Shown one piece after another: positions 1-9,930 of a stretch of DNA of 64,000 nucleotides. The translations under genes were made by a program, and so were the position numbers. The notes below the pieces were generated by a model that worked only from the letters and a program-made list of their open reading frames with translations, ran no database searches and was not told where the DNA came from. The number at the start of each line of letters is the position of its first letter. Position 1 is the stretch's first letter. Where the stretch lies: positions 1 to 64,000 of the forward strand of contig JBGTLG010000005.1 of NCBI GenBank assembly GCA_041744215.1, in the 5' to 3' direction. This DNA is from Fimbriimonadales bacterium (GTDB taxonomy: Bacteria; Armatimonadota; Fimbriimonadia; Fimbriimonadales; ATM1).

Positions 1-214
1 CGCCGCCACCAAAGCCGCCGCCCCCGCCGCCACCGCCACCGATGTTCACGGCAAGAACCTCATTGGGAGATCCAAATCTTTTTACAACGTCCACGCCCGT
101 ATCGTAAAGCTTGATGCCTGCCAAGCCTGCTTCAGACGGCGGGGCAGCAAAAGGCACAGACGTCAATACGGCCAATCCGGCCACAATCATCGTAGTTCGA
201 ACCCAAACGTTCAC
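1..214 (-). CDS. Secreted Gly-rich hypothetical protein (5' part; runs off window edge)
   Basis: GGAGG SD, then GTG at 214; reads MNVWVRTTMIVAGLAVLTSVPFAAPPSEAGLAGIKLYDTG...NIGGGGGGGGGFGGG with signal-peptide-like start; open to position 1. Confidence 0.7.
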   Translation of the reverse strand, partial: MNVWVRTTMIVAGLAVLTSVPFAAPPSEAGLAGIKLYDTGVDVVKRFGSPNEVLAVNIGGGGGGGGGFGGG

Positions 215-381
215 GCTTTTCGGTTCCTCCTATAGTCTCGCGAGGCACGATTGGCCCGCGAATTCGTCATTTAGACGCGATTCGAACCCAATTGTTACCC
301 GGTCTCGCGCCTGTTTCGCAAGTAAAGACGTGTCGTCGGGTAATCTTGATCCATCACATTTCCCATCGGAGGTTACACCCA

Positions 382-708
382 ATGTCATTAGCTTCTCCCC
401 TTGCCCAGACCGAATTCGACGCCAAAGTCGCCAATTCGACCGTGCCGGTACTGATTGACTTTTGGGCCGAATGGTGCGGACCCTGCAAGGCCATTGCTCC
501 AGAGGTTGACGCTGTCGCCGAGTCTTATGCTGGCCGGGTTAGCGTTTTCAAAGTGGATGTCGATTCAGAAGGAGAATTGGCTGCACAGTTCGGGATCATG
601 AGCATCCCGTCACTCCTTATCTTCAAAGACGGAAAGGTCGTGGATCAACTCGTCGGTCTCACTAACCGCGACAACATCGCGAAGGCTCTTGATCGAGCCC
701 TCGCCTAA
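382..708 (+). CDS. trxA: Thioredoxin
   Basis: WCGPC active site in DFWAEWCGPCK; 108 aa from ATG 382 with GGAGG SD. Confidence 0.97.
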   Translation: MSLASPLAQTEFDAKVANSTVPVLIDFWAEWCGPCKAIAPEVDAVAESYAGRVSVFKVDVDSEGELAAQFGIMSIPSLLIFKDGKVVDQLVGLTNRDNIAKALDRALA

Positions 709-727
709 GCGCAAAGAAGAATAGGCT

Positions 728-2380
728 GTGGCCAAATCGCCAAAGCCGATGTCCGTCGTTCAAGCGAGCGGCTGCATGGCTTTGGCGATTCTTCTTTCGC
801 GAATCCTTGGCCTCGTTCGCGACGCGGTAATCAGCCGCAACTTCGGCCTCGAAGCAGAACGGGACGCCTATGTCGCCGCCTTCGCCATCCCAGACCTGCT
901 GTTCTTCTTGATTGCTGGCGGAGCCCTCAGCAGCGCGTTCATTCCTGTCTTCACACGCTACTGGACGTCGGGCGATGAGGCCGAAGCTTGGAAGGTCTTC
1001 AGCACACTCGCCACGTTCATGGGCATTGTCGTCATCGCTTTCGTCGTGGTCGCCTCGATTTTCGCGAAGCCCCTCATCGGTGTCCTGCGGCCTGGCCTCC
1101 CCCCAGAGGTGATGAATGAAGCCGCGAGGCTCTCGATCATCCTTCTCCCGACCCAACTCGCGTTTTTCCTTGGTGGGTTGATGTTCGGAACGATGAACGC
1201 CAGAAAGCACTTCGCCATTCCTGCTCTGGCACCAAACATTTACAACATCGGAATCATCGTCGGCGCAGCGATACTCGCTCACATCGGGGGCCTCGGAATC
1301 TATGGCGTGGCCTACGGAGCGCTCGTAGGAGCGCTTTTTGGAAACCTCATTGTGCCGATGATCGCCATGCGACGGTTCGGTGCGTCGTTTTCGCCCAGGC
1401 TCGACCTCAAGCATGAAGGAGTTCGTAGTGTGTTCCGGCTCATGGTTCCAGTCATCTTCGGACTGAGCCTTCCGGGCGTGTATGCAATTGTCGTCGGCGG
1501 ATTCGGTTCGTTCTACGGACAAGGCGCGATCTCGGCCCTCGACATAGGGAATCGGATCATGCAGGCGCCGCTCGGAATATTCGGCCAATCACTCGCCATA
1601 GCAATCTTTCCGACGCTTGCGGAGCTGTTCACAAAGCGCGACGCACCGAAGTTCCTCCTCGCAGTGAGCAAAACGGCGAGGACGTCTGTCTTCGTCGGGC
1701 TTTTCATTTCTGCAATCTTCTTCGTCCTCAGCGAGGACATCGTGCGAGTGCTCAATCAATATGGCAAGTTCGGCGAAGTAGATACCGTGTATGTCGCGGC
1801 GAGCCTCCGGATGTTTAGCATTGGAGTGTTCGCGTGGTGCGCCCATCCCATTCTGATGCGGGCGTTCTTCGCGATGGAAAACACGCTCTTGCCAATCGTC
1901 CTCGGAACGATCGCAACGGGCATCTTTGTTGCGCTCGCGTTCGCGCTGCCCCGCCTCCCCTTTGACTACGGCTTCCTTGCGTCGAGTCGACCGGACGGCG
2001 CGGACTTTCGCTACGCATCACTCGGGCTCGCAGTATCTGTCGCGGCCATCTGTCTCTTTGTGATGCTGCTGTTCGCCCTTCGTAGGAAGCTGGGTCGAAT
2101 CGACGGCAAGAGAATGCTCGCCCTGTTGCTTTGGGGAGGGATTGCCGCCTGCCTTTCCGCGCTGGCCGTGGGATTGGTGGCGAAGCTCATTCCTATGCCC
2201 CCGGAACCCGGACTGCTGTCCAACACCGTCTCCTTGGTGCGAGTCTTGGGGCTAGGCCTCGCGGGTGCCTGGATGTTTCTCGGGATCGGAAAGCTCCTCG
2301 GGCTCGAGGAGGCGACCTACGCCTTAGGGGCGCTGCGCCGAAAAAAGGTGACTGAAGAACCGCCCGCGACAGGCCAATAA
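728..2380 (+). CDS. murJ: Lipid II flippase MurJ (MviN)
   Basis: SRILGLVRD, AFAIPD, GALSSAFIPVF motifs; polytopic membrane protein, 550 aa. Confidence 0.95.
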   Translation: MAKSPKPMSVVQASGCMALAILLSRILGLVRDAVISRNFGLEAERDAYVAAFAIPDLLFFLIAGGALSSAFIPVFTRYWTSGDEAEAWKVFSTLATFMGIVVIAFVVVASIFAKPLIGVLRPGLPPEVMNEAARLSIILLPTQLAFFLGGLMFGTMNARKHFAIPALAPNIYNIGIIVGAAILAHIGGLGIYGVAYGALVGALFGNLIVPMIAMRRFGASFSPRLDLKHEGVRSVFRLMVPVIFGLSLPGVYAIVVGGFGSFYGQGAISALDIGNRIMQAPLGIFGQSLAIAIFPTLAELFTKRDAPKFLLAVSKTARTSVFVGLFISAIFFVLSEDIVRVLNQYGKFGEVDTVYVAASLRMFSIGVFAWCAHPILMRAFFAMENTLLPIVLGTIATGIFVALAFALPRLPFDYGFLASSRPDGADFRYASLGLAVSVAAICLFVMLLFALRRKLGRIDGKRMLALLLWGGIAACLSALAVGLVAKLIPMPPEPGLLSNTVSLVRVLGLGLAGAWMFLGIGKLLGLEEATYALGALRRKKVTEEPPATGQ

Positions 2381-2418
2381 TTCTCAGCAGAGAGCCTTAC
2401 AGAAGGCTAGGTGAGAGA

Positions 2419-3018
2419 ATGATAAAAATCGGCGATATGCTTCTGATGGTCTCGACGCGCGGAACTGAGCCTTTTGTCCGGATGGCGCGAGTAGAACGGG
2501 TTGACCCATTTGTACTCCTCGTACCGGGCAGCGGCGAAGATTACCAGCCGCAAGTGAGCGAGTCAGTCAACTTTATTCATCGAACACAGACCGGCGACGC
2601 ACATGCGTCGGGTCAAATACGCTCGGTCACCAGATACGGCATGAGCTTCGTTGTCGAAGTCGAGTCCGTAAGCTGGTTGCCGTTTGACAAGCGTCGCGCA
2701 GAGCGGCTCCCTGTGTCCATCGCGGCAGAGACGGTACAAGTCGACGAATCTGGAGGGCAGGTCCAGATTGCCCAGGTTCCTTGCAATATGTCGGATCTGA
2801 GCACGCATGGCTGCCATGTTACGACAGAGGAGTCGTTGGAACTCGGTTCGCTCGTGGCTGTCTCGGCCGAGGATCCTAACTCCGATGAGCAATGGCGTTT
2901 TCTCGGCATCGTAACTCGCCAAACAGAAACCGGCTTTGGCATTGAGTTCTTCGATTACTTCGGATCGACGAGGTACCGGCTCGACCAGTACTTGGCGACA
3001 CTCAAGAAAGCGGCCTAA
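2419..3018 (+). CDS. PilZ-domain (c-di-GMP-binding) protein
   Basis: RRAERL (RxxxR) and DLSTHG (DxSxxG) motifs, GIEF near C-terminus. Confidence 0.85.
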   Translation: MIKIGDMLLMVSTRGTEPFVRMARVERVDPFVLLVPGSGEDYQPQVSESVNFIHRTQTGDAHASGQIRSVTRYGMSFVVEVESVSWLPFDKRRAERLPVSIAAETVQVDESGGQVQIAQVPCNMSDLSTHGCHVTTEESLELGSLVAVSAEDPNSDEQWRFLGIVTRQTETGFGIEFFDYFGSTRYRLDQYLATLKKAA

Positions 3019-3857
3019 ATCCGCTCGTAGTACCCATCGTAAACGAATTCAGCGGGGCCCGTCATGAAGACGGTACCGTCGGGTTCGTACTCAATCACCA
3101 ATTCACCCCCGGGCAACGTGATCGTCGCAGCACGGTCGGACAGTCCGTTCACATACGCTGCAACAAGCACCGCGCAGGCTCCCGTGCCGCACGCCAGTGT
3201 TGCGCCTGCCCCTCGCTCCCATGTGCGTTGGAGAAGCCTTCCTGGCGAGATGACCTGAACAAAGTGCACATTCGTGCGTTCTGGAAAAAGCGGGTGATTT
3301 TCGATGGCAGGCCCAAGTTCTTCCAGCGGAACCTCGGCAACGTTTTCGGTAAAGATGACCACGTGCGGATTTCCCATGTTTACGGCAGTGGCCTTGAACG
3401 GTCGTCCCGCCGCATTGATCTCAAACCCAGTCGCCGTCTCAGACTTTGGCCCGGTCATGGGTATCTCGCCTCTAAGCAACCGAGCGGGGCCCATATTCAC
3501 CCTGACTCGCTGCCCTCCGTCCTCGATGCCCAACTCAAGCAACCCAGCGCCAGTTTCGATCGGTATCAAGCGGGAATCCGTCAGGCCGCGGTCTCGAACG
3601 TACCTTGCGACGCAGCGGATGCCGTTCCCACACATTTCCGCTTCGCTTCCGTCAGGATTTAGCATTCGCATTCGAAACGGTGCATTATCGCCCTTCATCA
3701 CAAGGATTAGGCCGTCACCGCCGACCCCGCGCCGCCGATCGTTAATCTCCCTGGAAAGCGATGCGAGGTCGCCTGCCGGAATGGGCCGTGTGACAGCATC
3801 CACGACGATGAAGTCGTTGCCAATGCCGTGCATCTTCGTGAATTCCAGACCAGCCAC
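3015..3857 (-). CDS. dapF: Diaminopimelate epimerase
   Basis: FTKMHGIGNDF, EMCGNGIRC, MGNPH, ERGAGATLACGTGACA; start reassigned to GTG 3857 just after hfq stop. Confidence 0.96.
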   Translation of the reverse strand: MAGLEFTKMHGIGNDFIVVDAVTRPIPAGDLASLSREINDRRRGVGGDGLILVMKGDNAPFRMRMLNPDGSEAEMCGNGIRCVARYVRDRGLTDSRLIPIETGAGLLELGIEDGGQRVRVNMGPARLLRGEIPMTGPKSETATGFEINAAGRPFKATAVNMGNPHVVIFTENVAEVPLEELGPAIENHPLFPERTNVHFVQVISPGRLLQRTWERGAGATLACGTGACAVLVAAYVNGLSDRAATITLPGGELVIEYEPDGTVFMTGPAEFVYDGYYERI

Positions 3858-3864
3858 AGACGTG

Positions 3865-4137
3865 TTACTCCCCTTCGGCTTCTGGGACCTCGCCCTGTTC
3901 GCGTTCATTCGGCGGCCGGTAGCCTGGGATCGGTCGGCTCGGAAGCACCGCAGAAACAGCGTGCTTGTACACAAGTTGCGTTGGCTTGCCCGGCGAATCG
4001 AGAAGAATCGTAAATGCGTCGAAGCCTCGAACGAGACCCTTGATCTGAACTCCACCTGTCAAATAGATCGTTACTGCGATGCCCTCTTTTCGCACCTGAT
4101 TGAGGAACATCTCCTGCAAGTTAATCGCTTTGGCCAT
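3865..4137 (-). CDS. hfq: RNA chaperone Hfq
   Basis: [36 protein letters not shown] Sm motifs; follows miaA. Confidence 0.96.
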   Translation of the reverse strand: MAKAINLQEMFLNQVRKEGIAVTIYLTGGVQIKGLVRGFDAFTILLDSPGKPTQLVYKHAVSAVLPSRPIPGYRPPNEREQGEVPEAEGE

Positions 4138-5047
4138 GCCTGCCTCCTTCGTCCGAATTGATCAATGCAAGAATCTCTGATGCCAGCACTTCTGGCTCCT
4201 TTTTCGCATCCAAAACTTGAATCCCGGGCTCCTTCCGTAGCCACGTCATCTGCCTCTTCGCGTACTGTCGAGTCTGCAGTCGAATGCTGTCCATAGCCTC
4301 AGTCATCGTCACAATACCGCTTCCGCAGTTCAGCAGCTCTTGATAGCCGATTGCCCGCATAGCGGGAGAATTCTCCGTTACTCCCTGGGTTTCCAAGTTC
4401 AAAACCTCCTGGAGCCAACCATTTTGCATCATGTTCTCGACCCGGAGATCGATTCGTACGTTCAGCTCCTCACGGTCAAGAACAAGCCCTACCTTAGCAC
4501 GTTGAACGCCCTCAAAGATGGGCTCGGCCCCAGCAGATCTAACCATACTGCGCTCCACCACACGAACGAAGTGCCGAGGATTGTTGAGCGTGTGAGATGC
4601 GATTGCAGTCGGATCGAAGCCGTATCGCGAGGCGAACGAAACGGCCCCCAAGTCGCGATACTCAGTCTGCAGCCGCGTGCGAAGTCCCGGGTCAGGCGGA
4701 TCGTGCAGCTCGGTGTATCCCTCAAACAGAGCGCGCACGTAGAGCCCGGTACCACCGCAAACAATCACGTCTTTGCCCCGATCCGTTTCTCGTCTTATGA
4801 CCTCGCTCGACAGCTTGACGAACTGCCCAACGCTGAAATGCTCGGTTGGATCGCAGATGTCGATGAGTTCGTAACGCTCGCGGTTCGCCGGCTTGTTCGT
4901 GCCGATGTCGAACCCCCGATAGACCTGAAACGCGTCCGCGCTGACAATTCGACAATCAAGCGTCTCGGCGAGCAACTCAGCAACCGCGGACTTGCCCACC
5001 GCAGTAGGTCCCATCAGCGCCAGGAGTTGGGGTCCTTCTTTTGACAT
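4121..5047 (-). CDS. miaA: tRNA dimethylallyltransferase
   Basis: [38 protein letters not shown]. Confidence 0.97.
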   Translation of the reverse strand: MSKEGPQLLALMGPTAVGKSAVAELLAETLDCRIVSADAFQVYRGFDIGTNKPANRERYELIDICDPTEHFSVGQFVKLSSEVIRRETDRGKDVIVCGGTGLYVRALFEGYTELHDPPDPGLRTRLQTEYRDLGAVSFASRYGFDPTAIASHTLNNPRHFVRVVERSMVRSAGAEPIFEGVQRAKVGLVLDREELNVRIDLRVENMMQNGWLQEVLNLETQGVTENSPAMRAIGYQELLNCGSGIVTMTEAMDSIRLQTRQYAKRQMTWLRKEPGIQVLDAKKEPEVLASEILALINSDEGGRHGQSD

Positions 5048-5161
5048 GATTAGGCTTTCGAGCTATGGGGGATAATATGCTTGTCTGTCCAGCCCTTGGC
5101 TGGGAACGCATTTCCCGTGACGCATTGTAGTTCGAGCAGAGATCCAGAAGGAGGCTCGAAC

Positions 5162-6007
5162 ATGAGAACGGAAGAACGGCATCCGGAGACCGCTGGCTTG
5201 GCGGCTAAGCCCGTTGACGAGATTGTGCGCCTGATGTCCGCGGAGGATGCGCGCGCCGTTGAGGCAGTCAAGAAAGCGGCAGCAGCGATCTGCGCTGCTG
5301 CCGAGATGGTCGCAGACACCTACAAGTCTGGCGGGAAGGTGGTCTACGTTGGCGCGGGAACGAGCGGGCGGATTGCAGCGACGGACGTCTCCGAGCTGTG
5401 CCAATGCTTCGGGATTGAGGCCGGGAGGTTTGCGGCGATCATCGCTGGCGGTTCGTTCACATCTACAGTCCCCGGAGCTGAAGACGACACCGAGGCAGCT
5501 CATCGCGATCTGGCAGCCGCGCTCTTTTCGGCTCCCATGCCCGGTGCAGCCTACGCAGCAGTCAGCCCACCTGCGGCAGGGATTTATCGATCGCTCGTCA
5601 TAGGAGTTTCAGCGAGTGGGCGAACACCATACGTTGTCGAAAGCATTCGTTACGCAAAGTCAAAAAGTGCGACTACAATTGGCATCGCGAACAACCCTGG
5701 CGCGCCGCTCCTCCACGAAGCGGACCACCCGATACTTATCGACACAGGTCCAGAGGTCATAGCGGGAGCGACTCGACTCAAAGCCGGAACCGCGCAAAAA
5801 ATGGCGCTGAACATGATGAGCGTCGGCGCGATGGCGAAGTGCGGTCGGATACAAGACAACCTAATGACTCACCTTGCGCCAATGAGTGACAAGCTGCGCT
5901 TAAGAGCCATTCGCATCGTGATGACGCAGCTCGAACTGAGCGAAGACGCTGCGAAGCAGCGGCTCGAAGAGGCGAATTGGAACCTTCCGGCAGCGCTCGG
6001 GAGCTGA
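5162..6007 (+). CDS. murQ: N-acetylmuramic acid 6-phosphate etherase-like SIS protein
   Basis: TEERHP, GAGTSGR, GAED, SASGRTPYV, TGPEVIAGATRLKAGTAQKMALNM; ATG 5162 after GGAGG. Confidence 0.85.
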   Translation: MRTEERHPETAGLAAKPVDEIVRLMSAEDARAVEAVKKAAAAICAAAEMVADTYKSGGKVVYVGAGTSGRIAATDVSELCQCFGIEAGRFAAIIAGGSFTSTVPGAEDDTEAAHRDLAAALFSAPMPGAAYAAVSPPAAGIYRSLVIGVSASGRTPYVVESIRYAKSKSATTIGIANNPGAPLLHEADHPILIDTGPEVIAGATRLKAGTAQKMALNMMSVGAMAKCGRIQDNLMTHLAPMSDKLRLRAIRIVMTQLELSEDAAKQRLEEANWNLPAALGS

Positions 6008-6010
6008 GCC

Positions 6011-7624
6011 CTATCCTGGATCAGGGAACTCCGCCTCTTTCGCGTATCGCTTCCGTTCTCGCTCCCAGCGATCGCGTGTTTCCCGCACCACGTCGTGCGC
6101 CATCGCTTCGAGCATGCGCTCTTCAAACGCAGGCCAAGCGTCGTTGAACACTCTCGAAAACAACATTGGAAACCGGATTCGACTCTGCCTCGCAGTTTCG
6201 TCTAATCGTGATTCGACGCGCCGTATCGCATCCAGCGCAGTTGGACGATGCGCATACCCCCAGCGTTCAGGCACGCCTCTAAGGCTCCCGATCAAGACGA
6301 GCGCGTCCTGATGCTGGCCAAGCAAATCCTGTAAATCGGCGAGCGTTTTGCAAAACGCTCGCGCAGGTTTTCCATAAAGCGTCCTCGCAGCATCCGCTGC
6401 ATAGCGCAGTCGTTTACACCTAAGCCGCAGTCTATGGTATTCATCCGCCTCGGAATCAGGCCCTATAGTGGAACCGTCCCGTAATGCTTGAGCACACGCG
6501 CGGTGAAGAACGCCTGGCAAAAAGGAGAGCGCACTCGTCGCTGCTCGTTTCCCGCTAATGCGATACGAGAGCTCGCTCATCGTGTCGCATAGCTCGGTGA
6601 AGCGTTCCGAATCCAGGGCGATGAGCAGCGACCCTCTCGCCTCAGCTCGCTCTTCCTGAAGAGGGGACACGATCGCCGCTGCGTCCTCTCCCGAAACTTG
6701 TTCCTCGCCAAAAAGTTCCTGGAGTCTGTCTAACTGCACATCCAAATCTCGAACATTGCCAAGCATGTCCGCAAGCCACGCAAGCTCATCGCGAACGACT
6801 TTGGTTCGACCCGGTAAAACGTCTCGAAACAACCGCAGCAGAGTGCGCAATCTTCGAGTCCCCACGCGCATGTTGTGAACCGACTCCGAGTCGAGACCAA
6901 GACGTACGCCAGGTTCGCTTTCCTGAATCCGATACGCATAAACTTTGATCGCGGCCCCTATGAACTCGCCGATCGTGCAATCCAAGCCGGTATCGATCTC
7001 GGGCTGTCCGGGTCCGCTCGGCAGCATTCTCCTTGCGGCCAGGCCCTCTGCGAACTTGGACCTAACGCAAGGACTGAACATCGTCGACAAACTGGCGACA
7101 AACTTCAAGAGCGCTTCACTTTGTGCGCCTACTGCCTCAACTTCGATTCGCCGCAAGTCGTTGTCCGCGCCTTCAAAGACTGTGTGATCGAGCGCGATCT
7201 CACCGACTTCACAATTCCCATCGAACGCTCGAAACACCTTCCGCGTTGTTGAGTGAGTAAACAACTCGCAGAGTTGCCCTTGGCCTACCATCGCGCGAAC
7301 CGATTCTCCCACGGGTCCTTCTAACTCGTGCAACTCTCGCGAAAGTTCCTCAGTCACCTCAGTGCGAATTCGGGGACCTGAATCCACAGTGCCAAACGTC
7401 TTGATTGTTGCTTCAGATTTTCGTCCTCTTCGCCTCACCCGCAGATAAGCGAACGCGCTAAAAAATCGCCAATCCCTCGTGTCGAAAAAAGTGTCTCGGA
7501 GGCGAATCTCCCGGGGTACCGACAACCTCAAGCCCGCCGCCTCGGCGGCCTCAGAAATCGCGGCTCCAGCCAGTTCGAGGTCAGCGACCGCGAACTGCCA
7601 CTCGATTTCCTGACTCGTGCCCAT
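6011..7624 (-). CDS. CYTH + CHAD domain protein (polyphosphate-related)
   Basis: N-terminal EIE..F / DTFFDT / LRVR / IEVE (CYTH); VHNMRVGTRRLR, HRLRLRCKRLRY, LQDLLGQHQD (CHAD). Confidence 0.9.
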   Translation of the reverse strand: MGTSQEIEWQFAVADLELAGAAISEAAEAAGLRLSVPREIRLRDTFFDTRDWRFFSAFAYLRVRRRGRKSEATIKTFGTVDSGPRIRTEVTEELSRELHELEGPVGESVRAMVGQGQLCELFTHSTTRKVFRAFDGNCEVGEIALDHTVFEGADNDLRRIEVEAVGAQSEALLKFVASLSTMFSPCVRSKFAEGLAARRMLPSGPGQPEIDTGLDCTIGEFIGAAIKVYAYRIQESEPGVRLGLDSESVHNMRVGTRRLRTLLRLFRDVLPGRTKVVRDELAWLADMLGNVRDLDVQLDRLQELFGEEQVSGEDAAAIVSPLQEERAEARGSLLIALDSERFTELCDTMSELSYRISGKRAATSALSFLPGVLHRACAQALRDGSTIGPDSEADEYHRLRLRCKRLRYAADAARTLYGKPARAFCKTLADLQDLLGQHQDALVLIGSLRGVPERWGYAHRPTALDAIRRVESRLDETARQSRIRFPMLFSRVFNDAWPAFEERMLEAMAHDVVRETRDRWERERKRYAKEAEFPDPG

Positions 7625-7679
7625 CGTTCAGATTCTATACGAACCTTGTTAAATCGGAAATCCGCGCCAAAATGCACCT

Positions 7680-9509
7680 GTGTCAGCAAAGGCCCGCGAG
7701 GCTGTCGATCAGAAACTCCAAGCCCTCCCCGGGCTGCCAGGTTGCTACATCTTCAAAGATGAAGACGGGCTCGTGCTGTACGTCGGGAAAGCGCTCTCCC
7801 TAAAGAACCGCGTCCGATCCTACTTTCACAAATCCACGCAGCACGGAACCAGAATCGCGCGGATGGTGTCCCGCGTGCGCGATCTCGAGTGGATCGTAAC
7901 TGACAGTGAGCTCGAAGCGCTGATCCTCGAATGCAATCTGATCAAAGAACATCGGCCCCCATACAACGTGCGGCTTCGCGATGACAAGAGCTATCCATAC
8001 ATCGTCGTCACAAAAGAGACGTTTCCGCGTGTACTTTTCACACGCAAGCTGAGAAAAGATGGATCGAGGTACTTCGGCCCATACAGCAGCGCTTTCTCTG
8101 TGCGCGACACACTTCAGTTGCTTCACAAGGTGTTCAAATTGATTCCGTGCGGAAAATCGTGGAGTGGTGATCCCGTGCAAAAGCCGTGCCTGTACTTTCA
8201 CATGGGTCGGTGTTTGGCGCCGTGCGCCGGGTACGCCGCTTCGGAGGAGTACAAGCGAGAGGTAAGCAACGTCGTGATGTTTTTGGAAGGGAAGTCCGAT
8301 GCGCTTATCAAGTCGCTCGAGGCGCGCATGGCGGCGCACTCTGAGTCGCTTGAGTTTGAGCATGCGGCAAAATTGCGTGACACGATCGAGAGCATTCAGA
8401 GCGTGATGGAGCGGCAAAAAGTGATCGCGGGCGACATGAAGGATCAGGATGTAATCGCCGTGGTGAAGGACGATCGCGGGGCGGCGGTCCAGATGTTTTA
8501 TGTGCGGGGCGGGAAACTAATCGGCCAAAGAACGTTTTATCTCGACGGCGCAGCGGAAACGAACCCGAGCGAAGCGGTCGAGGAGTTTGTCAAGCGCTAC
8601 TACACCGACGCTCCTGAGGTGCCGTCCGAAGTTCTTCTGCCTGTCGAGATCGCGGAGCGGACGATCGTCGAGTCGTGGCTGCGCGGGAAGAAGGGACGCA
8701 GCGTCCACGTGACCGTTCCACAAGGCGGCGAGAAGTTGAAGCTCGTCGAAATGGCCGCGAACAACGCCGAGCTTGCGCTTCAGCAGTTCACGCAAGAGCA
8801 GGTCGCCAAAGAGGAATGGTCCGCAGAAGCCGCGCAAGCGCTTCAAGATGCTCTCAACCTTCCGTCTCCACCGGAACGCATAGAAGGTTTCGACATATCC
8901 AACATACAGGGCACCGCGCCGGTTTCTTCGATGGTCGTTTTCGAGGCCGGACAGCCTGCGAAAAGCGAGTATCGCCGATTCAAAATCAAGTACAACCCAG
9001 AGTCGCCTGACGATTTCGCGATGATGCGCGAGACGATCTTGCGCCGGTTCAAAAACTACAAAGAGAACAACCCGAAGTTCTCGAAGCTACCGGACCTCAT
9101 CATGATCGACGGCGGGCGCGGACAGCTCAGCGCAGCAATCAAAGCGCTCGACGAACTCGGCCTTGTTCTTCCAGCGATCGGACTCGCAAAGAAGCAAGAA
9201 CTGATTTTTCTTCCGAACAACCCAGAGCCCGTCCAGCTGCCGCTCAATTCCGCTGGCCTGCTCTTGCTGCGCAGGCTGCGCGATGAAGCTCACCGCTTCG
9301 CGGTTTCCTATCACCGCAAGCTTCGTGACAAGCGGATGTTCGGATCTCCTCTCGACGAGATCCCGGGCGTCGGGCCACGCCGCCGCCGAATGCTGCTTCG
9401 CTCGTTCGGCTCTGTTGCGAACATTCGCCGAGCCACGGTCGAAGAAATCGCGACGGTGCCGACGATGACTGAGACCCTGGCGAAGCGGGTCAAGGAAGCG
9501 CTGGAGTAA
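7680..9509 (+). CDS. uvrC: Excinuclease ABC subunit C
   Basis: GIY-YIG-like PGCY...YVGKA..L..RV.SYF, RIEGFDISN, IDGGRGQL, RDEAHRFA, C-terminal HhH. Confidence 0.98.
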   Translation: MSAKAREAVDQKLQALPGLPGCYIFKDEDGLVLYVGKALSLKNRVRSYFHKSTQHGTRIARMVSRVRDLEWIVTDSELEALILECNLIKEHRPPYNVRLRDDKSYPYIVVTKETFPRVLFTRKLRKDGSRYFGPYSSAFSVRDTLQLLHKVFKLIPCGKSWSGDPVQKPCLYFHMGRCLAPCAGYAASEEYKREVSNVVMFLEGKSDALIKSLEARMAAHSESLEFEHAAKLRDTIESIQSVMERQKVIAGDMKDQDVIAVVKDDRGAAVQMFYVRGGKLIGQRTFYLDGAAETNPSEAVEEFVKRYYTDAPEVPSEVLLPVEIAERTIVESWLRGKKGRSVHVTVPQGGEKLKLVEMAANNAELALQQFTQEQVAKEEWSAEAAQALQDALNLPSPPERIEGFDISNIQGTAPVSSMVVFEAGQPAKSEYRRFKIKYNPESPDDFAMMRETILRRFKNYKENNPKFSKLPDLIMIDGGRGQLSAAIKALDELGLVLPAIGLAKKQELIFLPNNPEPVQLPLNSAGLLLLRRLRDEAHRFAVSYHRKLRDKRMFGSPLDEIPGVGPRRRRMLLRSFGSVANIRRATVEEIATVPTMTETLAKRVKEALE

Positions 9510-9553
9510 CCGCGTCGTTTCACCGTGTCGCTGGTTGACCGGCTGGGCGCAGA

Positions 9554-9617
9554 ATTGTTAACGACTCATCGGACTCACTGAACTCATCGAACTCATCACG
9601 CTTTAATATTGTTAACG
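9554..9617 (+). repeat. Four tandem 9-bp repeats (RACTCAnnR) bracketed by two direct ATTGTTAACG copies
   Basis: GACTCATCG GACTCACTG AACTCATCG AACTCATCA at 9563-9598; ATTGTTAACG at 9554 and 9608. Confidence 0.85.
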
Positions 9618-9782
9618 CGGTTTCTTGAGTTCACAGGATGGGTCGGGTGCGGTGTTGCGAGTGGTTATGGCGCATTCCATCGGGTACAAGGGCACCGTCA
9701 GTTAAGTCCTCGGGAGTGGCAGAAGTCAACCTGTTGTGACACTGGCAGTCGCGGCGACGGAGGGATGATGCTAGCCTGAGCA

Positions 9783-9847
9783 GTTCACGGACAGATTCTT
9801 AGGGAGCAGTCTGCTTACGAAGTTTGGATAAGAATCTGTCAGTGCCA
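9783..9847. repeat. Palindromic REP-like stem-loop element, copy 1
   Basis: GACAGATTCTTA (9790-9801) is the perfect reverse complement of TAAGAATCTGTC (9829-9840); arms match the copy at 11238-11304. Confidence 0.8.
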
Positions 9848-9930
9848 CCCGACCCCACTCTGGCTGCCCGTCGACAGCTTTTCACTGCGAGTATCAACCT
9901 GTGAAGTGCCTCGGCCATAATCACGTCAAC

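Noticed and set aside
9554-9617. CRISPR array
   Set aside because: Units are 9 bp with no spacers; no cas genes
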